Source: an uncultured Bacteroidales bacterium (GTDB taxonomy: Bacteria; Bacteroidota; Bacteroidia; Bacteroidales; VadinHA17). Taken from it: a DNA stretch of 64,000 nucleotides. The first letter of the stretch is position 1. Every line of letters begins with the position of its first letter. The notes under the pieces are model-generated. The model saw only the letters and a list, made by a program, of their open reading frames with translations. It did not search any database and was not told where the DNA came from. The stretch is from NCBI GenBank assembly GCA_963737255.1, contig CAVTSB010000001.1:386254-450253 (forward strand). Direction: 5' to 3'. Both the position numbers and the translations under genes were made by a program. Below, one piece after another: positions 39,403 to 49,276 of this stretch.

Positions 39403-40754
39403 CGCCTGACCGGACCGGGGAAGACGGGTATGCTTTCGTGCCCGGCCACGTCGGCTGACTGGATACCGAAGAAATAATTATCCTTTGAATAGGGAAGCGT
39501 AATCTCATTTCCCGTAACAAATATCTTCCTTTCCCAGAGCGGCTGGTATGTTTCCCTCATAAGAACATAATATCCTGCAGGTTTAGAGCCTTCTAAAGGA
39601 ATCTCCCATCTCAGTGTCGTACTGTTTGTCAGTCTGCCTGTCACAATTTCGCAATTTACCGGTTCAGAGGGAGCAAGGGCCAGATTGGCCATTGTGGCAA
39701 GGTTCACTCCGGCGTTTTTCCTCACATATTCATAATCGACATATTCGGGCAGATCTCCTTCCTGTATTCCGTTTACAATGGACGGAATCTTGTGCGTCCT
39801 GTCATAATTCTCATTGAATTCACAAATCCTTACTGCCGGGTAGCCCTGCTGGCAAAATGGAGAATGATCGCCTCCTCTCCCGAACCTGTCATTCCGGAAG
39901 ACCAGGGTTACCTCAAGCTGGTCAACATACCTTTCCCCGATCTCTTTGATGTAACGGGCAAGCTGCCGTGCCCTGCCGTCGTTTTCGCCTGATGTGGCTT
40001 TCCTGCGGGCTGCCATCTCCCCGGTTTCGAATGCAGGAACCCCTTCGCTGAATACCCTGACCCTCATATTATCATTCAACAGCGTTTCACTCGACCCGCT
40101 GTTCCCTATCATATCATTATTGAGCATTGCTATTATATTCCACTCCTCCTCCTTTGCCTTCGCAGCCATATGCCTTGCACCATACAGGCCATGCTCTTCA
40201 CCCGATACTGCCATAAAAACCATTGTTGCAGGGAATTTTCTGACCGACATGATCCTGACAAGCTCGAGGATGGCCGCAACACCCGATCCGTCATCATTAG
40301 CTCCGGGAGCAAACCCCGTATTGTCGGCATCGAGCGCTGCCCTCGAATCGAGATGTGCGCTGATCAGAATCTTCCGGTTGTCGCCGGGATCAGTGCCTTT
40401 TAAAGTCGCAACAACATTTTTTAAATTGGTTTTCACTGGTATCCTCTGGCCTTCTCCCCCAACAGTGTACTCTTCAAATTTAACTTCGAGCCGCCCGTCT
40501 GAAGCAGGAATGCTTTTTTCCATTTCCGACTTTATCCAGTTCCACGCTGCCCCTATCCCCTTTGACGGATCATCCTGCAGGCTCATGTTATGACGGGTGT
40601 GAAAACTCACAAGCTTCCTGACATGCTGCTCTATCTTTTCCCTTGAGACCTCCTCAACCATTTTGCTTATTTCCGGATCACGGCTGATGATTGTCTGTGA
40701 TTGTACCGGCTGCAAAAACAAAAAACAAGTGAAAAGAAATGTTATTTTCCTCAT
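39396..40754 (-). CDS. M28 family secreted metallopeptidase
   Basis: Signal peptide, SAHLDS, PGANDDGSG, GEEHGL, NNDMIG and GGDH. Confidence 0.92.
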   Translation of the reverse strand: MRKITFLFTCFLFLQPVQSQTIISRDPEISKMVEEVSREKIEQHVRKLVSFHTRHNMSLQDDPSKGIGAAWNWIKSEMEKSIPASDGRLEVKFEEYTVGGEGQRIPVKTNLKNVVATLKGTDPGDNRKILISAHLDSRAALDADNTGFAPGANDDGSGVAAILELVRIMSVRKFPATMVFMAVSGEEHGLYGARHMAAKAKEEEWNIIAMLNNDMIGNSGSSETLLNDNMRVRVFSEGVPAFETGEMAARRKATSGENDGRARQLARYIKEIGERYVDQLEVTLVFRNDRFGRGGDHSPFCQQGYPAVRICEFNENYDRTHKIPSIVNGIQEGDLPEYVDYEYVRKNAGVNLATMANLALAPSEPVNCEIVTGRLTNSTTLRWEIPLEGSKPAGYYVLMRETYQPLWERKIFVTGNEITLPYSKDNYFFGIQSADVAGHESIPVFPGPVRRQ

Positions 40755-40799
40755 GACTGAATAATTATTTTGAGGCGGGAATTTAAGTAAAAAAACAAT

Positions 40800-40902
40800 C
40801 TCTGCGCATCTCTGTGCCTCCTCTGTGGATCTCTGTGCAATTATTGCTCATTATCATGAACATACATTAAGATCCATTGAGAAGACACAGATGGTTGCAG
40901 AG
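40800..40902. repeat. Short intergenic CTCTG(T/C)G repeat cluster with counter-oriented partial copies
   Basis: Four copies at 40800, 40810, 40821 and 40831. Inverted partial copies CACAGA (40886) and GCAGAG (40897). Confidence 0.6.
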
Positions 40903-40910
40903 GAATTATT

Positions 40911-41645
40911 TCAATATGCCTTATAGTACTCCCTGAAGAGCCGTGCAATATTTACCAGGGTAATCGACTTTGGGCATTCGGCTTCACATGCCCCGGTATT
41001 CGAGCAATTCCCGAATCCAAGTTCATCCATCTTTTCGACCATTGCCCTGACCCTCTCCTTCGCCTCTACCTTTCCCTGGGGCATCAACGCATATTGTGAG
41101 ATCCTGGCCGACACAAAGAGCATCGCGGAGGCATTTTTGCAGGCAGCCACACAGGCCCCGCATCCTATGCAGATGGCGGCATCGAAAGCTTTATCCGAAT
41201 TTATTTTCGACACAGGTATGCTGTTTGCTTCAGGCGCAGAACCGACATTTACGGAAATAAAGCCTCCTGCAATCTGGATCTTGTCGAAGCTGCTCCGGTC
41301 GACTATCAGGTCTTTGATGACCGGAAAGGGTTTTGCCCTCCATGGCTCGATCCATATTGTATCGCCATCCCTGAAAAATCTCATTGAAAGGAGGCAGGTG
41401 GTTATTGCAGGAACAGGTCCGTGCGGATGGCCGTTGATGTACATTCCGCACGATCCGCAGATACCTTCGTGGCAGTCGTGATCGAATGCAACGGGATCCT
41501 TGTCCTCTTCCACAAGCTTCTTGTTCAGGGCTTCGAGCATTTCAAGGAACGACATCTCCGGGGAGACATCATCCATCTGGTATGTGACAAAGGCACCCTT
41601 AGCCCCGGCATTTTTCTGCCGCCATATTTTAAGTGTAAGTTTCAT
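40911..41645 (-). CDS. sdhB: Succinate dehydrogenase/fumarate reductase iron-sulfur subunit
   Basis: [24 protein letters not shown] and [12 protein letters not shown] clusters. Start placed at [10 protein letters not shown]. Confidence 0.96.
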   Translation of the reverse strand: MKLTLKIWRQKNAGAKGAFVTYQMDDVSPEMSFLEMLEALNKKLVEEDKDPVAFDHDCHEGICGSCGMYINGHPHGPVPAITTCLLSMRFFRDGDTIWIEPWRAKPFPVIKDLIVDRSSFDKIQIAGGFISVNVGSAPEANSIPVSKINSDKAFDAAICIGCGACVAACKNASAMLFVSARISQYALMPQGKVEAKERVRAMVEKMDELGFGNCSNTGACEAECPKSITLVNIARLFREYYKAY

Positions 41646-41771
41646 CCGGTTATAATTTATTTTTAAAGGTCGGATAGAACCGCACATGATTGAAACTGAA
41701 TTATATTCATCCGTGTTTGTGTTTTTGATCAATCATGTGGGTTTCATATTATGAAATATGTCTTTTAATAT

Positions 41772-41859
41772 GTATTATAATACGTATTATAATACGTATT
41801 TCTTATTCCTCTTTCTCCCCCTCTCCCTCTCTCCCTTTCTCCCCATCTCCCCCTCTCTA
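41772..41859. repeat. 24-bp perfect palindrome plus 5 x 8-bp pyrimidine repeat in the sdhA-sdhB spacer
   Basis: GTATTATAATACGTATTATAATAC (41772-41795) is self-complementary. NTCTCCCY x5 at 41813-41852. Confidence 0.85.
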
Positions 41860-43776
41860 CTTATAGCTCCTGACCTTCAGCTCGACGTTCTCGAACTTAA
41901 GCTCTTCCTTATGCATCACAGGAGGATTTCCGTCACCCTTGTATTCCCAGGCTGCCACATAGGCAAACTTTTCATCGTTCCGCTGCGCCTCCCCTTCAGG
42001 AGTCTGAAACTCTTCCCTGAAATGCGCGCCGCATGATTCCCTTCTTTCAAGAGCGTCATTTATGAAAAGCTCGGCAAGCTCAAAATAGTCTGCCACTCTT
42101 CCGGCCTTTTCAAGTTCAGGATTGAGCTCATATTTCGTGCCCGGTATTTTCAGATCGCTCCAGAATTCCGCCTTAAGCTCACGGACCAAACCAAGTGCTT
42201 TTTTCAGGCCTTCCTCGTTCCTGATCATTCCGCAATAATCCCACATGATTTTGCCCAGCCGCTTATGGAATGAAGTGGCAGTCTTTTTGCCCCTGATCGA
42301 GATCAGTTTGTCGAGGTGCTCCGCTACAGCTTTTTCAGCTTCTTCAAATTCAGGTCTGTCGGTTTTGAAGGAAGGAATCCTTATCTCATCGGCAAAGTAT
42401 CTGCTGATTGTTACCGGCAGAATGAAGTATCCGTCACCGGTTGACTGCATCAGCGAGCTGGCACCAAGCCGGTTTGCCCCATGGTCTGAAAAATTTGCCT
42501 CTCCGATCGCATATAGTCCCGGGATGGTTGTCATCAGCTCATAGTCGACCCAGAGCCCTCCCATTGTATAGTGGCCTGCAGGATAAATCCTCATTGGTTC
42601 TTCATACGAATCGATCCCCGTTATGGTCTTGTACATTTCAAACAGGTTGCCGTATTTGTCCTCAATGGCTTTCTTTCCCTGTTTCTTTATTGCATCCCTG
42701 AAATCGAGATTGACCGCCAGTCCCGTTTCACCAACACCGAAGCCTGCATCGCACCTTTCCTTTGCCGCTCTTGAAGCAACATCCCTTGGCACAAGGTTCC
42801 CGAAAGTCGGGTATCTCCGCTCGAGATAATAATCCCTTTCATCTTCCGGTATGGAATTTGCCGGCCTTTTATCTCCTTTTGTCTTTGGCACCCAGATGCG
42901 TCCGTCATTTCTCAGCGACTCCGACATTAGTGTAAGTTTTGACTGGAACTTGTTCAGCTGGGGAACGCTTGTGGGATGTATCTGAATGAAGCTCGGGTTG
43001 GCAAAAAAGGCTCCCTTTTTGTGCGCTTTCCAGGCAGCCGAAGCATTCGAATTGACCGCAAGCGTCGACATAAAGTAGATTGTCCCGTATCCCCCTGTTG
43101 CAAGCACCACGGCATGGGCTGCATGCCTTTCAATTTCACCGGATATGAGATTGCGGGCAATGATTCCCCTTGCCTTGCCGTCGATCATTACCAGGTCGAG
43201 CATTTCCCTCCTGGGATACATCACAACATTTCCCTTGCTGATCTGCCTGTTGAGGGTGGAGTAGCAACCAAGCAGACATTGCTGGCCGGTCTGTCCTTTG
43301 GCATAGAATGTCCGTGATACCTGGACACCGCCGAAGGAACGCGTGTCGAGTGTGCCCCCGTAATCGCGGGCAAACGGTACTCCGACCGCAGTATAATGGT
43401 CAATTACATTATTGCTGACCTCGGCTGCCCTGTAAACGTTAGCTTCACGCGACCTGAAATCACCGCCCTTGATCATATCGTAAAAGAGCCTGAAGACACT
43501 GTCGCCGTCATTCTGATAGTTCTTGGCAGCGTTGATTCCACCCTGGGCGGCCACTGAATGGGCTCTTCGCGGCGTATCCTGGTAACAGAAATTTTTGACC
43601 CTGTAACCAAGCTCACCAAGGGCTGAGGCCGCCGATGCACCTGATAATCCGGTACCGACAACTATTATGTCGAGCTTCTTCTTGTTTGCAGGATTGACGA
43701 GTTTAACGGAAGCTTTATATCTGGTCCATTTTTGTTCAAGAGGACCATCCGGTATCCTGGAGTTTAGTTTTTCCAT
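41857..43776 (-). CDS. sdhA: Succinate dehydrogenase/fumarate reductase flavoprotein subunit
   Basis: [58 protein letters not shown] and RESCGAHFR. Confidence 0.97.
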   Translation of the reverse strand: MEKLNSRIPDGPLEQKWTRYKASVKLVNPANKKKLDIIVVGTGLSGASAASALGELGYRVKNFCYQDTPRRAHSVAAQGGINAAKNYQNDGDSVFRLFYDMIKGGDFRSREANVYRAAEVSNNVIDHYTAVGVPFARDYGGTLDTRSFGGVQVSRTFYAKGQTGQQCLLGCYSTLNRQISKGNVVMYPRREMLDLVMIDGKARGIIARNLISGEIERHAAHAVVLATGGYGTIYFMSTLAVNSNASAAWKAHKKGAFFANPSFIQIHPTSVPQLNKFQSKLTLMSESLRNDGRIWVPKTKGDKRPANSIPEDERDYYLERRYPTFGNLVPRDVASRAAKERCDAGFGVGETGLAVNLDFRDAIKKQGKKAIEDKYGNLFEMYKTITGIDSYEEPMRIYPAGHYTMGGLWVDYELMTTIPGLYAIGEANFSDHGANRLGASSLMQSTGDGYFILPVTISRYFADEIRIPSFKTDRPEFEEAEKAVAEHLDKLISIRGKKTATSFHKRLGKIMWDYCGMIRNEEGLKKALGLVRELKAEFWSDLKIPGTKYELNPELEKAGRVADYFELAELFINDALERRESCGAHFREEFQTPEGEAQRNDEKFAYVAAWEYKGDGNPPVMHKEELKFENVELKVRSYK

Positions 43777-43791
43777 CTGAATAATGATTTT

Positions 43792-44436
43792 CTATCTGAA
43801 TTGCCAGAGAGTAATTGCGATTGTGGCGAAACCCAATGGGATCACAATTGCATAGACCCACGCCACAGCCTTGAGAACCGGGTTCCAGATTCTGTGGTTA
43901 AGGCCAAGGGTCTGAAACGCGGAGGTGAAGGCGTGAAACAGGTGCAGTCCTAGAAGACCGAAGCTTGCCAGGTAAATAATGTTATAAGCGGGAAGCTTGA
44001 AAAGATTGTGTGCCACTTCATAAAAGTTTTCAGGATCTCCCGGAACCAGTCCAAGCCTCATAAACCAGAAATTGAAAAAGTGAATTATAAAATATGTAAG
44101 GATGCAAGCCCCTGTCCAGATCATGAACCTTGAGAAGAACGATGTTTCCGACCTGTTGCGGGCTGAATACGTGACCGGACGGGCGATCCAGTTCTGGATC
44201 TGAAGCAATATACCCCATGAAATATGAATCAGTATTGCTAAAACAAGTACGATCTCTATTATTTTGATGACAGGGAATGTGGCCATAAAATGTGCTGCCT
44301 TATTGAACGGCTCAGGATCAGATTTCAGCAGCAGCAGGTTTATTGACAGGTGAACAGGCAGGAAAAGCAGCAGAAAGACTCCTGCCAGCGCCATCACTAA
44401 TTTCTTGGTCACGGATGAGAAAATTACTCTGTTCAT
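43792..44436 (-). CDS. sdhC: Succinate dehydrogenase/fumarate reductase cytochrome b subunit
   Basis: SSV.KK..MALAG..L..HL..N, with His ligands in TM helices (IHI, IHF, LHLFH) and SAFQTLG. First gene of the CAB operon. Confidence 0.93.
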   Translation of the reverse strand: MNRVIFSSVTKKLVMALAGVFLLLFLPVHLSINLLLLKSDPEPFNKAAHFMATFPVIKIIEIVLVLAILIHISWGILLQIQNWIARPVTYSARNRSETSFFSRFMIWTGACILTYFIIHFFNFWFMRLGLVPGDPENFYEVAHNLFKLPAYNIIYLASFGLLGLHLFHAFTSAFQTLGLNHRIWNPVLKAVAWVYAIVIPLGFATIAITLWQFR

Positions 44437-44605
44437 TGGCTATGCGATTTTAGGGTCCTGTATTTTTCCGGGAGCAATATTTTATAAAAATAAAACTAAA
44501 TAACCATATTAACAATTTATGTAAATGAGTATATTTATTATTGAAATGTTGTTTCAGGGTCAGATGTTGTTTATGCTTCGGTCTAACCATCAAATCAGAT
44601 GATGC

Positions 44606-45406
44606 ATGAAAAATTACATTCATTGCAAGGGGGGCAAGCTTTACTACTCCGATACCGGTGAAGGCAGCCCCGTTGTTCTCCTGCATGGCTATCTTGAATC
44701 ATCGGAGGTTTGGAATGCATTCGCAGAAAAACTTTCACGCAGGTATCGCGTCATTTCAATAGATCTACCGGGGCACGGCCATTCCACAATATTTGGAGAA
44801 AGCCATTCCATGGAGTTTATGGCCACAACGATAAAAGGCCTTCTCGATAGTCTCGACATCAAAAAGATATTCCTTACAGGTCATTCGCTGGGAGGTTATG
44901 TTGCCCTTGCCTTTCTTGAACAATTCCCTGAACAGCTGAAGGGTTATTGTCTTTTCCATTCCCATCCCCTGGCCGACACTCCTGATGTGATTTTGAAGCG
45001 TGAGAGGGAAATAAAAGTTGTAAGATCAGGAAGGAAATTCCTGATCTACCCTGAAAATATCTCAAAGATGTTCGCCGATGAGAACCTGGACAGGCTAAAA
45101 GCAGCCGTTCAGCATTTAAAAGATATTGCTTCGCGGCTTAGCGATGAGGGTATTATAGCGGTACTGAACGGTATGATGGCCAGGCCTTCCAGGGTTAAAA
45201 TCATGGAAAAGGCGACTGTCCCGTGCCTGTGGATACTGGGCAGGCATGACAAGTATATTTCCTGTGATTCCGTGCTTGAAAAGGTCAGGGTACCTTCAAA
45301 CGCACAGTTGTTTATCCTGGAGAAGTCAGGCCATCTTGGTTTTATTGAAGAAGAGGAAACCTCCCTTAAGATAATGACCGATTTTATTGAGAAGCTGAAA
45401 AGCTGA
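44606..45406 (+). CDS. Alpha/beta fold hydrolase
   Basis: LLHGYL, DLPGHG, GHSLGG nucleophile elbow, G.HD and SGH. Confidence 0.93.
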   Translation: MKNYIHCKGGKLYYSDTGEGSPVVLLHGYLESSEVWNAFAEKLSRRYRVISIDLPGHGHSTIFGESHSMEFMATTIKGLLDSLDIKKIFLTGHSLGGYVALAFLEQFPEQLKGYCLFHSHPLADTPDVILKREREIKVVRSGRKFLIYPENISKMFADENLDRLKAAVQHLKDIASRLSDEGIIAVLNGMMARPSRVKIMEKATVPCLWILGRHDKYISCDSVLEKVRVPSNAQLFILEKSGHLGFIEEEETSLKIMTDFIEKLKS

Positions 45407-45417
45407 ACAGTAAAAGC

Positions 45418-47016
45418 CTAGTTGTTCAGGTAATCTATTGCATATTTCAGGGTCGTATCAATCTCCTCCCAGATTGGATAGAAACCTCTGTTATCCAGTA
45501 TATTCCTGGCGATATACGCCTTTAGCTGGGTATGGATTATTTTTCCCGAGATCTTCAGCCCCTCAGGATCTTTTTTCACTCCGTTGCGGGCGGCGAAATC
45601 AGTGAATTTGCCCAGCAGATCCTGACTGTCGAAGTATTTTCCCATCTCCCTTACATCAGTGAATTTCTTCAGGATTTCCCTTTGCGTTTCAGTATAATTC
45701 AGGGCAAACCTGTAGATCAAAGGTCTGGAGGCCAGAAAATACGGGGAAATCCCCGTGGTATCGACAGGAACGAACTTGTCGGGCATTATCCCTCCGCCCC
45801 CGAATACCACTCTTCCTCCCGGAGTTGTGAACTTCAGAGAGTCAGCAAAATGGATGCTGTCGGGGACATAAAATTCACCATGTTCAACTCTTGCACTAAG
45901 ATCTTCGTAGTATTCGTCAAATCCGTTATTGTAGGGCTTCTGGATCGATCGGCCTGTAGGCGTATAGTAACGCGCAATAGTGAGCCTCATGCCCGATCCG
46001 TCGGCAAAAGTCATCGGTTCCTGCACGAGCCCTTTTCCGAATGAACGCCTTCCGATTATGGTCCCCCGGTCATTATCCTGGATAGCACCTGCAAGGATCT
46101 CGCTGGCTGATGCACTCCATTCATCAATAAGTACAACCAAACCTCCGGTTTCAAATTCGCCTTTGCCTGAGGCCCTTGCCTCATTTTTAGGCTGAGTACG
46201 ACCTTGTGTATATACAATCAGATCACCTTCCCTGAGGAACTGATCAGCAATCTTTATGGCAGATTCCATTACGCCTCCCGAATTCTGACGCAGGTCAAGT
46301 ATCAGGTCAGTCATGCCCTGATCCTTAAGTTCCCTCATACCTTTCATGAACTCATCAAAAGTGGTCATGGCAAAATTGTTAATCCTGATGAAACCGGTAT
46401 TATTATCAATCATATAACTGACATCAACACTGTTGATCGGGATCTTGCCGCGGGCAATATCGAAAGATATCAGGTCTTTGTAGCCTTTTCTGAGTACCCT
46501 GATCTTTACAACCGTTCCCCTCGGTCCTTTAAGCATCCCCATGACTTTCTCATCACTCAGTCTTTGACCTGCTACCAGGGAGTCATTTACATATATTATC
46601 TTATCACCTGCAAGCAGTCCGAGCTTTTCAGATGGTCCTCCCGGTATGGTACTTATAACCAATATTGTATCTGTAAGGAGGTTAAATGAAATACCTATGC
46701 CGTCAAAGTTGCCCTGCAAAGGTTCGTTGGCCCGGACCAGATCCTTGGCAGGAATATAAACAGAGTGCGGATCAAGTTTCTTAAGGATAGCCGGAATGGC
46801 TGCTTCAACCAGGTCGTTACGGTTTACCGAATCAACGTAATCAGATTCGATGACGTTGAGGACGCTGCTGAGCTTGTCATTTCTCACCCTGAAAGCTAAC
46901 TGCTGGGAAACAGGATTCTTCCTGGGAAGATAAACGCCTATAAGTATCCCTGTGGCAAGCGCCAAAGCGATCAGAACAGGTAGAAGTACACTCTTGCTTG
47001 AATTATTGTATTTCAT
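45418..47016 (-). CDS. S41 family carboxy-terminal processing protease (PDZ-containing)
   Basis: LDPHS.YI, GIGI, LDLRQNSGG, SASASEI.AGAIQD, RSFGKGLVQ and TIARYYTPTGRSIQ. N-terminal TM segment. Start placed at MKYNN. Confidence 0.95.
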   Translation of the reverse strand: MKYNNSSKSVLLPVLIALALATGILIGVYLPRKNPVSQQLAFRVRNDKLSSVLNVIESDYVDSVNRNDLVEAAIPAILKKLDPHSVYIPAKDLVRANEPLQGNFDGIGISFNLLTDTILVISTIPGGPSEKLGLLAGDKIIYVNDSLVAGQRLSDEKVMGMLKGPRGTVVKIRVLRKGYKDLISFDIARGKIPINSVDVSYMIDNNTGFIRINNFAMTTFDEFMKGMRELKDQGMTDLILDLRQNSGGVMESAIKIADQFLREGDLIVYTQGRTQPKNEARASGKGEFETGGLVVLIDEWSASASEILAGAIQDNDRGTIIGRRSFGKGLVQEPMTFADGSGMRLTIARYYTPTGRSIQKPYNNGFDEYYEDLSARVEHGEFYVPDSIHFADSLKFTTPGGRVVFGGGGIMPDKFVPVDTTGISPYFLASRPLIYRFALNYTETQREILKKFTDVREMGKYFDSQDLLGKFTDFAARNGVKKDPEGLKISGKIIHTQLKAYIARNILDNRGFYPIWEEIDTTLKYAIDYLNN

Positions 47017-47467
47017 AGATGTCGTTTTCAAGGTCTAAAAAAACCAGTTCAATTCCTGCTCTCCTTAACAGGTCAAGTCCGTCAGTTTTTGGATATCGGT
47101 TGCAATATACAACTCTTTTTATACCCGACTGGATTATAAGCTTGGAACACTCCATACAAGGAGAAGTTGTGACGTAAAGTGTTGAATTTTCGCTCGAATT
47201 ATGGGATTTGGCAACTTTTGTGATCGCATTTGCCTCAGCGTGAAGAACATAAGGTTTTGTGATATTGTTCTCATCCTCGCAAATATTTTCAAATCCGGCC
47301 GGGGTACCATTATAACCATCCGATATGATCATTTTCCCCTTTACGATCAGGGCTCCCACCTGCCGTCTGACACAATAAGAATTGCGTGCCCATATAAGTG
47401 CCATTTCAAGATACCTCTGATCGAAGGTTTTCTGTTTAGCTCCATATGGTTTCAGTTCATCAGTCAC
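47003..47467 (-). CDS. dCMP deaminase family protein (ComEB-like)
   Basis: S.C.RRQVGA, GYNGTP, HAEANAI and SPCMEC. Start tentatively GTG 47467, because a TAACTTTG -7 element lies at 47498-47505. Confidence 0.93.
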   Translation of the reverse strand: MTDELKPYGAKQKTFDQRYLEMALIWARNSYCVRRQVGALIVKGKMIISDGYNGTPAGFENICEDENNITKPYVLHAEANAITKVAKSHNSSENSTLYVTTSPCMECSKLIIQSGIKRVVYCNRYPKTDGLDLLRRAGIELVFLDLENDIYEIQ

Positions 47468-47497
47468 TTTTTTCCTTTTAACCAGGTTACAAGCGCC

Positions 47498-47515
47498 CAA
47501 AGTTAAATATTTTTG
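47498..47515. promoter_or_regulatory. Back-to-back -7 promoter elements for the divergent dCMP deaminase and DUF4918 genes
   Basis: Minus-strand TAACTTTG (47498-47505) and plus-strand TATTTTTG (47508-47515). Confidence 0.45.
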
Positions 47516-47577
47516 ATTTGTTTAAATACTTTGCAGGTGAAAAGGTTACTTTTACGCATACTCATATCATTATTAAA

Positions 47578-48273
47578 ATGTTAACATTCGCTGAAAAGGT
47601 TATTGATTTTAACAGGAAGCTCAATTTCAAGGGCTCCCTTCCCGAGGGTATCTCAGTTATGAATCCGTTTGCCGGCAACCCTGATGTAGTCGTTACTGCA
47701 TCGGAATTTTACTTAAAATTCTACTCCGACACCAGACCCAGGCACCTGATTCTGGGTATAAATCCCGGAAGATTCGGTGCTGGTGTGACCGGCATCCCGT
47801 TCACCGATTCCGTGAGGCTGAAAGAAAAATGCGGCCTTACGGTTACCGGCCTTAATACCTACGAAACCTCTTCAGTATTTATATATGAAATGATTGATGA
47901 ATATGGCGGACCGGCAAGGTTCTATTCTGATTTCTATATTAGTGCGGTATCTCCTCTTGGATTTACAATTAAGGGGAAAAATGGCAGGGAACTTAACTTT
48001 AATTACTATGATAATAAAAAACTCATGGATTCACTCCGTGGATTCATTGTCGAAAATCTTGAAAAACAACTTGAATTCGGGATTTTGACAGATGTTTGCT
48101 ATTGCCTGGGGACCGGAAAGAATTTTGCGTTCCTGTCAAAGCTGAATGAAGAAAATAACTATTTTGAAAGGATTGAGCCGCTTGAGCATCCGCGGTTTAT
48201 AATGCAATACAGGACAGGTACCAAAAAATCCTATATAGAAAAATATCTGGAAAAACTCAACGGGGTTAAGTAA
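47578..48273 (+). CDS. DUF4918 / SMUG2-like uracil-DNA glycosylase superfamily protein
   Basis: MNPF, LGINPGRFGAG.TGIPFTD, E.SS.FIY, SPLGF..N.NYYD and LEHPRFIMQY. Start placed at MLTFAEK. Confidence 0.85.
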   Translation: MLTFAEKVIDFNRKLNFKGSLPEGISVMNPFAGNPDVVVTASEFYLKFYSDTRPRHLILGINPGRFGAGVTGIPFTDSVRLKEKCGLTVTGLNTYETSSVFIYEMIDEYGGPARFYSDFYISAVSPLGFTIKGKNGRELNFNYYDNKKLMDSLRGFIVENLEKQLEFGILTDVCYCLGTGKNFAFLSKLNEENNYFERIEPLEHPRFIMQYRTGTKKSYIEKYLEKLNGVK

Positions 48274-48333
48274 CCGGTTTTACACAACGCTTAAATTGCC
48301 TATCTTAGCTTGAAATTAATAAATTATCATGTA

Positions 48334-48729
48334 ATGGGTGATCAGGGTTCAGAAAAGAGATTCTCTTCAGAGGCCAGGTTAAACAGCTTCAGATATGCCT
48401 TTCGGGGATTGTCGGCACTTTTCAGTGATGAGCCCAATGCTGTTATCGATGTCATCATACTTGCCATTGTAGTAATTGCCGGAATTCTACTGGGGATATC
48501 AAAATCCGACTGGATTGCCATTGCGGTTGTGAGCAGCCTGGTTATTACAACCGAAGCATTTAATTCGGCACTTGAAAACCTTTCCGATTTTGTTTGCCCG
48601 GAAAAAGATGAAAGGATAAAGAAAGTCAAGGATCTGGCCGCGGCAGGGGTGTTGGTTTCAGCTATCGGGGCGGCGGTTGCAGGACTGATCATATTTGTGC
48701 CTGAAATACTTGAACTGGTCAGAAGCTGA
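48334..48729 (+). CDS. Diacylglycerol/undecaprenol kinase family protein (DgkA-like)
   Basis: SFRYAFRG, EPN, EAFNSALE..D and KDLAAAGVL. Three TM segments. Confidence 0.9.
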   Translation: MGDQGSEKRFSSEARLNSFRYAFRGLSALFSDEPNAVIDVIILAIVVIAGILLGISKSDWIAIAVVSSLVITTEAFNSALENLSDFVCPEKDERIKKVKDLAAAGVLVSAIGAAVAGLIIFVPEILELVRS

Positions 48730-48768
48730 TGACGGACTTTCAGGATCAGGTAATAAGAAAATAAACTC

Positions 48769-49236
48769 ATGGATATGAATGGATCACTTAGTACGCCGGT
48801 TATTTTAATCGTACTGGCGGTTTTCGGCATTGCCATGGCACATCTCGAAGGTGTGGTGGTTGTTTATCTGCGAAATGTTCTTGGTTTGACTGATATGGAA
48901 TCGAATAAAGAATCGATCGAAAAGTTCCCAAAGAGATATTTGAATATTGAAATATCGAGGGAAGTATCAACAATTGTTATGCTTGTCGCAATTGCCTTTC
49001 TTGCCGGGACCACCTGGCCCGGGAGGGTGATCTTCTTCCTGTGGACCTTCGCCTTCTGGGACCTGTTTTACTATATCTCGCTTTATATTCTTATCAGGTG
49101 GCCCCCGACATTTAAGACGATTGATGTATTGTTTCTTATCCCGGTACCATGGATAGCACCGGTCTGGTTCCCTATCGGAGTTTCATCACTGACGATAATT
49201 GTCATCGCACTGCTCTGTATCTTTAGTATTATCTGA
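48769..49236 (+). CDS. Hypothetical integral membrane protein
   Basis: 155 aa, about 4 TM segments, with LE..VVYLR, E..RE..T..ML, WDLFYY and LFLIPVPW.APV. Confidence 0.8.
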   Translation: MDMNGSLSTPVILIVLAVFGIAMAHLEGVVVVYLRNVLGLTDMESNKESIEKFPKRYLNIEISREVSTIVMLVAIAFLAGTTWPGRVIFFLWTFAFWDLFYYISLYILIRWPPTFKTIDVLFLIPVPWIAPVWFPIGVSSLTIIVIALLCIFSII

Positions 49237-49249
49237 ATTTTAATAGGAT

Positions 49250-49257
49250 TATATTTG
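49250..49257 (+). promoter_or_regulatory. Bacteroidota -7 promoter element for the MFS gene
   Basis: TATATTTG 19 nt upstream of the GTG start. Confidence 0.5.
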
Positions 49258-49276
49258 TCCAAATATTTTCAGGACA

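Noticed and set aside
41646..41732. N-terminal extensions given by the ORF track (sdhB here; likewise glyQS, yfhO-like, methyltransferase, S41, DUF4918, DUF5916, YaiO)
   Set aside because: The extensions run through promoter elements, hairpins or neighbouring genes. Downstream ATGs match the expected family N-termini.
41758..42036. 92-aa ORF MSFNMYYNTYYNTY...
   Set aside because: It is a translation of the palindromic and pyrimidine repeats, running antisense into sdhA.
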